A stretch of DNA of 64,000 nucleotides from an uncultured Planctomycetaceae bacterium. Lineage in GTDB: Bacteria > Planctomycetota > Planctomycetia > Pirellulales > PALSA-1355. Location of the stretch: positions 128,001 through 192,000 of the forward strand of contig CAWAUV010000008.1 of assembly GCA_963785305.1 (NCBI GenBank), written 5' to 3'. A program made the position numbers and the translations under genes. Positions within the stretch are counted from its first letter, which is position 1, and each line of letters starts with the position of its first letter. The notes under the pieces were generated by a model that saw only the letters and a list, made by a program, of their open reading frames with translations, searched no databases and had not been told where the DNA came from. Positions 24,811 to 34,149 of the stretch are shown piece by piece.

Positions 24811-24948
24811 AAGACGCCGCGAAGAAGAAATCGAGCGGTTCGCGGTCCGGCTCGAAATAGCGGCCAGATGCTTTGGAATCGTCGAACGCCGCGGTTTCAG
24901 CCGGGGCGAGCGTGAATTGCTCTCGGTCGCGCGGCGTCTCTAGGAGCA

Positions 24949-25019
24949 CTATCCGACAACTCCCCGCTCTCCCTTTGGGAGCGGGTAGGGCGAGGGCGCT
25001 CGCCGAAGTTCTCGGATAG
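24949..25019. repeat. Small MITE/REP-like element, copy 1
   Basis: Terminal IR CTATCCGACAACT/AGTTCTCGGATAG around a CTCCC-TTT-GGGAG hairpin; inverted homologue at 52991-53106. Confidence 0.7.
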
Positions 25020-25322
25020 GCTGAAAGAATTGCGGCATGAACGAGCCCCTGCCCTGCCCTTTGATCCGAGCGCCAGGCGGCGGTTGGCCTTGAAGGTAGT
25101 GCGCGGGGACCGGTTCCCCGCCTTGCCGACCCTCGATGTCGCTCCGCCGCGCGCGTGGCCGAGTGCCATCGACTTCATCAGCCGCGAACGCCGAGTCGGC
25201 GATATTCCACCCCACGCTGAACCAAAACAGGTGGAGGCCGGACGCTGGCCCCGTCCGTTCAGTTCGGGGCTTTTCCGGGAGGAATCGACTCCGATGGCTT
25301 GACTGGCGTGGTATTCGGCTTG

Positions 25323-25982
25323 TCACTTCCTTGATCCCGCGCAGTCCTCCGATTCTACTGGCGAAACAATGGGCGGCGGGCAGGGAATGGTCTGGTGGAA
25401 ATGTCCACCAGCGCGGCTGATTTGGATGTCGTCGATCAGATCGGGAGACCGGGGTTCGCCAATTCGAGGAGCGCCGTAGGGAACAAGACCGTTGCCGCCC
25501 ATGTTCCAGAAAGTGGTGTCGTCGTTCACGACCGAAGTAAAGCCGTCATAGTTGAGCGGAGTCGTTCCAGGCTCATCGGGCAGGGGGGCATTGGGCCCAG
25601 GACCCGCTCCCCAGCCATCGCAGCCATAGGGCCGGGGCGGCGGATTCGAGTGCCGATGCGGAGAGTAACCCGTATAGTATGGGGTGTAATAAGGCAGGAG
25701 CGGGTAGTTAGCCCAGGGCTTCCAACGAGTCGTCGATATCACCGGCGAAAGCGGCGCGTAGTAAGGGATGTACCCTTGGTTCAAGCGAGGACAATGGTGG
25801 TCGGTTTGGGCGGGATCGACTCCCGGCGGGTGAACGCCGTAAGCCTCGACCGGGGTGAGAATCGCCGGTCCGCGGCCGGCCGCTCCCTTGCCGCCGTTCG
25901 AATATTCTTGGGCAGACGCCGACAGCGACATCATCGCGGCCAAGGCCGCTGAACCCATAAGGCAGGAAAGATGGTAGTTCAT
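25323..25982 (-). CDS. Secreted Pro/Tyr/Gly-rich hypothetical protein (219 aa)
   Basis: GAGG RBS, signal peptide ending SASA-Q, low-complexity PYYAP/PYYTPYYTGY; last gene of the RND/TolC run. Confidence 0.7.
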   Translation of the reverse strand: MNYHLSCLMGSAALAAMMSLSASAQEYSNGGKGAAGRGPAILTPVEAYGVHPPGVDPAQTDHHCPRLNQGYIPYYAPLSPVISTTRWKPWANYPLLPYYTPYYTGYSPHRHSNPPPRPYGCDGWGAGPGPNAPLPDEPGTTPLNYDGFTSVVNDDTTFWNMGGNGLVPYGAPRIGEPRSPDLIDDIQISRAGGHFHQTIPCPPPIVSPVESEDCAGSRK

Positions 25983-26053
25983 CGAAGGATCCTCGTTTGG
26001 TTTGGTCGCGCGGCCCTCGACCTGCCGCGAACACGCGAAATGCAAATGCTGTA

Positions 26054-27886
26054 CTAACGCGTTGCCGGCGGCGCCCCAACGCCCACTGGCGGCAGATAGC
26101 TGGGCCGCTCGGTATTGACCGGCAAGACCGGGCCAGTTCGCCCCGTCAACGCGATTTCGCGAGCTGGGTAGCCCAGTTCGTGAAACATCGCGAACTGGGC
26201 CGTGTTGTAATCGGCGACGCTGTCGACGTAATGTCCGTAGCCTCGCATTAACAACTGCAACGCGAAGACCACTTCCTGGGGGCGAAAAACCTGGATCAAG
26301 ACATTGCCAAAGCGGTGGGTTTGCTCCAATCCCTCCACGTTGCCATTGTAGTTGATTAGGGCCGACTTCACCTCGCGTTCGGCCTGCACGACCCGGGCCG
26401 CCGCCGACTGTAGGTCGGCCTGGGTCCGCGTCACGCCCCCCGCGATCGAATCCTGGGCATGAAACAGTTCGACCATCGCCTGCGACGTCATTCCACGCGC
26501 CTCCTTGATCTGGGCCAGGTTTCTGAGTCCCATGCCATCGGCCGTGGTCATAAGCTGAGGGCTGATGTCGTCGCGGGGGCTCCACTGGTTGACTTTGCCG
26601 CCATTGCCGATGCCGACGGCGCCCGCTTGGATCAATTCGTAAGGCGTCTGGAGGCCGTTTATATACGCCGCGGGAATCAACGCGCGGAGCTTTTCTTGAC
26701 GAATCGACACCAACATCGCTTGCACGACCGCCTGATGCGAAGCCAACTCGGGACGATTGGTCAGCGCGATGGGGATCAACTCATCGAGCGAACGACCGGG
26801 CGCGAACAATGTAAGCTGCAAATGGTCGTGCTCGAGTGGCTCGACGACGGCGCGCGGGTCGAGACGCAACACGCGCGTGAGCTCGGCGCTGGCGACGCGC
26901 CAGTTCTGGCGGGCGGTGACCGCCTCTTGCTCCAGGTCGGCCAGCAGATTGCGCGCCCGGTCGATCTCGACTCTCGGAACCAAGTCGGTCTTGAGCGACG
27001 CGATCTTCGTCACCAGTTGGCGGCCTCGCTGGACGGCGTCGATCGCCACCGCGTATCGCCCGCGATAGCGATGCACCGCGAAGTATGCCCTGGCGGTCAT
27101 GAATAAGGCGTCGTTCTTGGCGCCCTGAATGTCCCAGCGCGAGGAGTTGAGCAACTGCCGGTCGTGCAGCGGCTGGAAAATTATATCGGAGGTGAATTGA
27201 AACTGCGGCGAGGGGAGCAACGGCTCGCCCGGGTTGGGCTGGTAGAAATAGTTGGGACCGATGGGCGCCAACGTGAAGCCGGCGCCGCCGTAAAACATAT
27301 TGATATTCTGGCTAAGCGGCTTGCCGAAGCTGCCTGGCGAGGGTTGCCCAAGGGCATTGGTTCCCGCCGGAACATTGGCGCCGCGGTTGATATCCGGCCC
27401 ATAGCCATCGTGGCGCACGTAATCGGCGCCGATGTTCAGCGTTGGAACCCAGAGCAACTTGGATTTTTGCAGCGTCGCCTCGGCGACCCACACATTGGCG
27501 TCGGCGGCGTTCACGATCATCGGCCGCGCGTCCGAGAGCCGCAGGGCGGTGGCCAAGTTGATGGGAAAGCGCATGTCGCCCGGCTCGGGCGGAGGCGGCC
27601 GCATGTCGAGCACTTCACCGCCCGGAACGGCCGGCTCCTCGAGAGGAGATTTTTGGCTGGGCGGGCCCGGTGGCTTGTCGCCTCGGGCGGGAAACTGGAC
27701 CAAGGGCGAGGCTTTCGGCGTCGCCGCATCGTTCGCCGGCCGCGGCGCGCTCGGCCCGCTCATCACGCGGCCGCCGTCCGCGGGCAAAGGCCGCGGTTGT
27801 TGGCCCTGGCACGCCCAAGGACACGACCCGACAAGGATCGCGCTAGCACCGACGATCAACAAGTGGCGCGTTTGTCGCATGGACAT
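26054..27886 (-). CDS. TolC-family outer membrane factor, paralogue 3
   Basis: PINLATALRL, helical OEP repeats (IALTNRPEL, VADYNTAQFAMFHELG); GGAAGG RBS. Confidence 0.8.
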   Translation of the reverse strand: MSMRQTRHLLIVGASAILVGSCPWACQGQQPRPLPADGGRVMSGPSAPRPANDAATPKASPLVQFPARGDKPPGPPSQKSPLEEPAVPGGEVLDMRPPPPEPGDMRFPINLATALRLSDARPMIVNAADANVWVAEATLQKSKLLWVPTLNIGADYVRHDGYGPDINRGANVPAGTNALGQPSPGSFGKPLSQNINMFYGGAGFTLAPIGPNYFYQPNPGEPLLPSPQFQFTSDIIFQPLHDRQLLNSSRWDIQGAKNDALFMTARAYFAVHRYRGRYAVAIDAVQRGRQLVTKIASLKTDLVPRVEIDRARNLLADLEQEAVTARQNWRVASAELTRVLRLDPRAVVEPLEHDHLQLTLFAPGRSLDELIPIALTNRPELASHQAVVQAMLVSIRQEKLRALIPAAYINGLQTPYELIQAGAVGIGNGGKVNQWSPRDDISPQLMTTADGMGLRNLAQIKEARGMTSQAMVELFHAQDSIAGGVTRTQADLQSAAARVVQAEREVKSALINYNGNVEGLEQTHRFGNVLIQVFRPQEVVFALQLLMRGYGHYVDSVADYNTAQFAMFHELGYPAREIALTGRTGPVLPVNTERPSYLPPVGVGAPPATR

Positions 27887-28014
27887 GGTTCCTTCCATTG
27901 CTCGGGCATCGCCCAGCTCAAAATGTATTCGGCGCCCGTGTTTGTCGACCTTTAGGGCGCCGACGGCGACGGTGTCTCGAACCGCCGCGCCCTTGAACCA
28001 CAGCACCCGTTAAC

Positions 28015-29802
28015 TTAGCGCGTCGCCGGAGGCGGTCCCACGCCGACCGGCGGCAGATATCGCGGACGCACCGTGTTAACCGCCAGGATCGGGCCGGTCT
28101 GGCGGAAATCCGCCAGCTCCTGAGCCGGATAGCCGAGCGCGTGGTATAAGCGGAACTGCGCCTGGTTGTATTCGCCGACGTTGATCCAGTAGTGATCGTA
28201 AGCCAACTTCAACAGTTTCAGGGAAAACACGGCATCCTGCGGCCGGAAGACCAACTGCAGAACATTGCCGAACCGTTTGGTTTGTCCCAGCCCTCTGACG
28301 ACGCCCGTGTAATTGATGAGCGCTCCCTGCAGTTCGCGCTCGGCTTGCACGACGCGCGCCGCCGCCGATTGGAGTCGGGCTTGCGATCGCGTCACGTCGG
28401 CGGCTACTAAATCCTGTGCCTTGAACAATTGCACGATCGCCCCAGAGGCGTCGCCGCGCATCCATTTGACCATGGCCGCGTTGCCCATGCCCAACGAATC
28501 GAATTGAAACATCATGCCGGGGGCAAAGTCGTCTCGCGCCGACCAGTTGTTCAAGGCGTTGCCCGAGCCGATGCCGTTGACTCCGAACTGGAGTTGCTCA
28601 TAGGGAGTCTGAAAGCCGTTCATCATCAAGATCGGGAGGAAGGGACGCAGCTTCTCCTTGCGAATGTTCACCAGCGCCGCCTGAACCAGCGCTTGCTGCG
28701 ACGCCAATTCAGGTCGGTTGGTCAAGGCGATCGGCATCAGATCGTCGAGTGGACGAGCGGGGTCGATCAGCGTGATCTGCAAGTGATCCGGTTCCAGGGG
28801 CTCAGCCACCGCGCGCGGGTCCAATCGGAGCACTTCGGTCAGGTTGGCGCTGGCTTTTCTCCAATTCTGCCGCGCGACGACCGCCTCCTGCTCCATTTCC
28901 GCGAGAAAGTTGCGGGCGCGATCGATTTCAACGGCCGGCACGAGGTCGTGGCTCAATTGGGCGATTTGCGCGACCAGCCGGCGCCCTTTGACGACCGTGT
29001 CGATAGCGCCGCCATACGTTCCTCGCCACTTGTGTACCTCGAAGTAGGCGTCGGACGACATGAGCAAGGCGTCATTTTTCGCCTTCTGGATATTCACGCG
29101 GGCCGAGTCGAGATTCTGCCGCGCGGCCAGCGGTTGAAAAATCATGTCCGTCGAATACTGCATTAAGAAGAAGGCGCCGCCCGCATAGAGAAAATTGATA
29201 TGTTGGTCGAGCGGCCTTCCGAATGAATTCGGGTCGGGCTGACCGAGGGCGTTGACGCCGATGGGCACGTTTTGACCGTTCAGCGTGTCCGGCCCGTTGC
29301 CGTCGTGGCGAGTGTAGTCGACCCCGAGATTCAAGCTCGGAATCCAGATTGTCTTGGCGCTTTGGAGCCGAGCCTCGGCAACCCAGGCGCTCGCCTGCGC
29401 GGCGGCGATCACGAGCGGTCGCTCATCGGCCAATCGCAAAGCGGTCGCCAGGTTGATCGGAAAGCGGAGATCTCCGGGTTCGGGCGCGGGCAGTTCCAGG
29501 TTTACGACTTCTCCGCCAGGCGGCGGCGGATTTTCCAAGGGAGATAGCGTGGCGGGGTTGGCGGGTAGCGTTCCAACGATTGGCGTGGGCGTCGTCTCGC
29601 TCACGCCGGGTTGCTCAGCCCGGTTTCCTGGCGGCGCGGCCTCAGGCCTTGGAGGAGGCAACGCCGCACGCGGCGGTGAAAGTTGCGCCGGGGCGGCCAA
29701 TGGCGGAGACCCCACCCCTTCGGCGCGACAGGGCGCGTTGCTCTCGCAAAGCGCCAGGCTCGTGAAGATAGCCAGCGATCGGAGGGATAGTGGCATTGTC
29801 AT
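28015..29802 (-). CDS. TolC-family outer membrane factor, paralogue 2
   Basis: PINLATALRL, IALTNRPEL and VGEYNQAQFRLYHALG; AAGGAG RBS. Confidence 0.8.
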   Translation of the reverse strand: MTMPLSLRSLAIFTSLALCESNAPCRAEGVGSPPLAAPAQLSPPRAALPPPRPEAAPPGNRAEQPGVSETTPTPIVGTLPANPATLSPLENPPPPGGEVVNLELPAPEPGDLRFPINLATALRLADERPLVIAAAQASAWVAEARLQSAKTIWIPSLNLGVDYTRHDGNGPDTLNGQNVPIGVNALGQPDPNSFGRPLDQHINFLYAGGAFFLMQYSTDMIFQPLAARQNLDSARVNIQKAKNDALLMSSDAYFEVHKWRGTYGGAIDTVVKGRRLVAQIAQLSHDLVPAVEIDRARNFLAEMEQEAVVARQNWRKASANLTEVLRLDPRAVAEPLEPDHLQITLIDPARPLDDLMPIALTNRPELASQQALVQAALVNIRKEKLRPFLPILMMNGFQTPYEQLQFGVNGIGSGNALNNWSARDDFAPGMMFQFDSLGMGNAAMVKWMRGDASGAIVQLFKAQDLVAADVTRSQARLQSAAARVVQAERELQGALINYTGVVRGLGQTKRFGNVLQLVFRPQDAVFSLKLLKLAYDHYWINVGEYNQAQFRLYHALGYPAQELADFRQTGPILAVNTVRPRYLPPVGVGPPPATR

Positions 29803-29831
29803 GGCTCCTTTTTCCATCGCCCATTTTTCTT

Positions 29832-31839
29832 TTAGCGCGTCGGCCGCGGCGGTCCCACGTCCACCCGCGGCAAATACTCCGGCCGCTCGGTGTCGACCGG
29901 CAGAATGTCGCCCGGCGGCCGAAGGAACGCCAACTCGCGGTTGGGATAGCCGACCGCGTGGAAGAGCATGAACTGCGCCGTGTTGTAGTCGGCGACCGCG
30001 TTGAAGTACTCGTCAAACGCCAAGTTCAGCAACTTGAGCGCGTAGACGACTTCCTGCGGCCGATAGACCAATTCAAGAACATTGTCGAACCGCTTCGTTT
30101 GTCCGAGACCCGCGACATTCTTTTGATAGGTGACAAGTCCCGTTCGCAAGGAGCGTTCGGACTGAACGACTCGCGCCGCGGCCGACTGAATCTGAGCCTG
30201 GGCCTCGGTGATTTCCGCCGCCACCATGTCTTGCGTCTCCATGAGCTTGACCGTGGCTTGCGATTGTTCGCCGCGACGTTTCTTGACCAACGCCATGTTG
30301 CCGAAGCCGAAGCTATCCAACTGCCAAACGATTTGCCCGCTAATGTCGTCGCGAAAGCTCCAAAAGTTCATCTTGCCGTCCGCGCCCGTGCCGAAGATCG
30401 AAGCCTCGGGCACCATGCCACCGGGAGTTTGAAAGCCGGTGATCAAAATCGTCGGGAGCATCGGGCGCATTTTCTCTTGGCGAATGCGGATCAGCGCCCT
30501 GTTGACGTCGGCTTGGTAGGCGGCCAACTCGGGGCGATTGCGCAGCCCGATGGGTATTAAATCATCGAGCGAACGCGAGGGGTCGATCAAGGTGACCTGG
30601 AGATGATCCTGCTCCAGCGGCTCGCACACGGCCCGCGGATCCAAGCGAAGAACCATCGTGAAATCCGCGCTCGCCACGCGCCAGTTCTCGCGCCGAGACG
30701 GCCTGCTGCTCGAGGTAGGCCAACAAGTTTCGGGCACGATCGACTTCGACCGCGGGAACTAGGTCCTTGCTAAGGGCGTCAAGCTTGGCGATCAGGTTGC
30801 GCCCCTCGCCGACCGTGTACAACGCGCCGGCATACTGCCCGCGATAACGATGGATATTGAAATAAGACCGAGCGACCTCGAGCACGACGTCGTTTTTCGC
30901 GGTCTGGACATCCCAACGTCTGGCATCCACGACTTGCCGCGCGGCCAAGGGCTGAAAGATGGCGTCGGTCGTGGCCACGACCTGGTACAAGCTGACGCCG
31001 GCGATGAACCAGTTGACGTTCTGGTTGAGGGGCTTTCCGAAACTCGTCGGCGCCGGTTGCCCGTAGATGTTCGTTCCTTGCGGCACGTTAAGACCCTGAT
31101 TGAAGTCCACGGGGCCGTCGTGCCGCATATAGCTGCTCGCCACCATGAACGCGGGAACCCACAGCACCTTCGCTTTCTGCAGTTGTCCCTCGGCCGACCA
31201 GACGCTCGCTTGGGCCGCGGTGATGATCAAGGGCCGGGCATCAGCCAGCCGCAAGGCGGTAGCCAAGTTGATGGGAAAGCGAAGATCGCCGGCCGCCATG
31301 GGTGGCAGTGGCAATCGGATCGTCTCGCCACCCGGAGGTGGTGGCAACTCAAGCGATGATTTCTCGCTCGGCTGGGCGGGCCGGTTGAGCGGCGCCGGTG
31401 TTTGGAGCCGAGGTCCGCCCGGGAAGGGCGAGGAGCGCCCATCGATTCAGGGGCAACCAGCGGCGCCGGCGGTGGCAGCAGCGCCGGCTGTGGCCGCAAT
31501 TGGGGCGATGCGTCGGGGAGCGCCGGTCCGCCGAAAGTTGCTGGCCGCACATGCCCGTCGGCCACCGGCGTCGCTGGCGATCCATTCGCCGGCCGAGGCA
31601 CGAGCCGTTTGGCTGGCGGCCGCGGTGCTCGCAGAATGTCCTTGCTGTTGCAGCGGCCCAACCGGCGGCAGTGGCACGACTTGGCCGTAGGACGGCGCGT
31701 CGGGACCCGCGGCGATCGTCGCTTGCGTCCGGAGCGAATGAGCCATGCCCACGAGGGCCCCGAAGGAGACAACGGCAAATGCAAAGCTGCCTCGCCAGCG
31801 ACTGCCTTTCGACGCGGCCTGGGTGTTTCGTCTAAACAT
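29832..31839 (-). CDS. TolC-family outer membrane factor, paralogue 1 (several frameshifts)
   Basis: Signal/Pro-rich N-terminus (ORF 31447..31839), PINLATALRL (30562..31347), IGLRNRPEL and VADYNTAQFMLFHAVG (29832..30737). Confidence 0.78.
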
Positions 31840-32221
31840 ACCAACTCGCGCTCAACAACCTCGTTCGTCGAAACTAGTACATGCTTCGTCTATCCATCCA
31901 CGGCAGAATCAAAAAAACGGTCAAAATCCAGAAAGCCAGCACCGTGACTACAAACGGGATATTCGACACTTGCCAGAACGGACATTTTCTGGCCGTCTCG
32001 GTCAGTTTCTTCGCGGGATTTGGTCCGCCGAATGATCGCAACCTCTCAGAAATGAAAGGCTTCTGCTCGGGGCGGACACGGGCGAATCGGCGGTCCGAAA
32101 AGACGCCGTGGAGATAGGTCGGCGCACTCGCTTTTGGCGGCGCGACCAATGATTCACGAGACCAGTTTTTGCAAGCCAGCAAACGCAAGGTCGAGAGTTG
32201 CGAGTTTCTAATCGCGTTGGC

Positions 32222-32397
32222 CTAGCGCTCCTTCACGGCTGAAATGACGGATGATTCGGTTTGCGCGTGTGCCATGCCCACTGCCTTGAGTGGGCATGTT
32301 TTCAAGCGCCACGCGGAGCCCTCATGCCCACGCAGGGCCGTGGACATGGCACACGGAACGAATCCAATTTATCATTTCAACTGTGACAAAGCACTAG
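32222..32397. mobile_element. 176-bp non-autonomous MITE/REPIN-like element
   Basis: Ends CTAGCGCTCCTTCACGGCTGAAATGA / TCATTTCAACTGTGACAAAGCACTAG (20/26 IR, CTAG at both ends) enclose two inverted CATGCCCAC...GTGGRCATG palindromes. Confidence 0.65.
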
Positions 32398-32446
32398 CGA
32401 CAAAGCGGCTCTCGACCACCGAATCGCGGCATATCGTCGACGGGAC

Positions 32447-34092
32447 TTATTTCTGCACGGGAGCGTCGGGGCCATCGCTCGCGATCTTCATTTCGCGCTC
32501 TCCCGGCATACTCGTCACCCCGGCGCTGCTTACTTGAACAGGGCCGCCATCGGAGAGGACGGACAAGTCTCCAAGGATCACGCGCTCGGATCCGTCGAAG
32601 GGAGTCCAGGCGGCGCCGGCGTCCACGTTAACGGGTGGTTTTGGGGCTTCGGCGACTTTCATCGGTTCGTCGAGGCCGACATTTTGCACGGTCGCCGGCG
32701 TGGCCGCGTTGCGCAGCCAGTTGGTGACCTCGATCCAATCGCCGTCATTCACGCCAGTCTGAACCTCGGTTCGCATGGCCTTGCCGTTTTCATCCAACCA
32801 GCAATAGGTTCGTTCGCCGGTATGCGTGAGCGCCCCCATGGGCAGGGCGCGGACATTGGGACGCACGATAATCACTTTGCCGTAGGAGTACATGCCCGGC
32901 AAAATCTGACTGGCCGTGTCGGGCAGCTTGACCTGGGAAAGCGCTTGCCGCGTGGCCTCCGGCAAATCGTCGGGAATCTTGCTGTCCGTGTTGGGCAGGT
33001 CGATTTCCGCCCGGAGCGTTCGGCTTTTGACGTTGATGCCCAGGCCGTTCGCGTGACCACGCCCGTGATAGGCTGATCGCGGTAGGCTTTCACGAGCACG
33101 GTCGCCTTCGTGCCGACGCGGACAAAATTGGCGTCGTCTTCCGGAATATCGACGAAGATGCGGACCACGTCCGTGCGGTCGACCACATATACCGGCGCGG
33201 CGCTACCGTTGGGCGACAAATCGGGCGCGTGCGAGTCGGCATTGGGATCACCCGTGGCCGGCAGGACAAAGTCGCCGGTGTTGGCATTGCGAGCCACGAT
33301 CACACCATCGAATGGAGCATAGAGCTTGAGATAGCCGACCCAAGCTTCCAGTCGCTTCCAGTCGCTGGTGGCGACTTCGACATTGGCTTCGGCGACTTTC
33401 ACGGCGACTTCGTCTTCGCCGAGAGTCGCCGATTTCGATTCGAGATCGGCCTCGGCCTTGGCGATGTCGGCCTCGGCGGCGTCGCGAGCGGCGGTGCTCG
33501 ACCGCAATTGGTTTTGCGATTCGAGCAACACTTGCGGGTCGACCACGCCGCTCTTCACCTCGCGAGCCAGACGTGTCACCTCGGAATCCCAACGGAAGAC
33601 CTGGGCGTCGTATTGCACCAAATCGCTTTGGCCGATTTAAGATGCGCTTCGGCCGATTTGACGTCGGCGTGCGCCACCAGCACCGTCCTCTTCGCCAGTT
33701 CGACGCGCTGCCGATCTAGGTCGACGGTCGCTTTCTTGGTGCGGCAATCTTCCTCGATTTCCGGAACGAAGAGATCGGCGAGCACTTGGCCTTTCTTCAC
33801 TTTATCGCCGATGTCGACGTACCACTTTTGAATATAAGCCGACATTTTGGGGTAGATCGACGTGCGCTCGTAGGCTTCGACAAAGCTTGGTTGCCCGACG
33901 GTGCGGATAATAGTCCGCGTTTCCGCATGGGTGATCCGCACCACCGGCGGGTCGGACACATGCTTGACCTCGGCGCAGTTCTTCGTGGTGGCAACCCGGC
34001 GTCGCCAGCGCGGCCAACAAACCCAGCGCCAACCAGCGATAGCGGCCGGAAGGCGGCGCGGTCGCGGGGCGAGCGACGTTTGGCGTCGACAT
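32447..34092 (-). CDS. RND efflux periplasmic adaptor (MFP) lipoprotein (frameshifts ~33975, ~33620, ~33040)
   Basis: Lipobox LATPGC; lipoyl half-motifs VDIGDKVKKGQVLA and YAPFDGVIVARNANTGD; coiled coil; ILPGMY; VQTG..DGDWIEV. Confidence 0.88.
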
Positions 34093-34149
34093 ATTTCCGG
34101 CAAAAAAGCGATACATCGGAAATCTCCATGTGAAAGCAGGAGGCGATAT

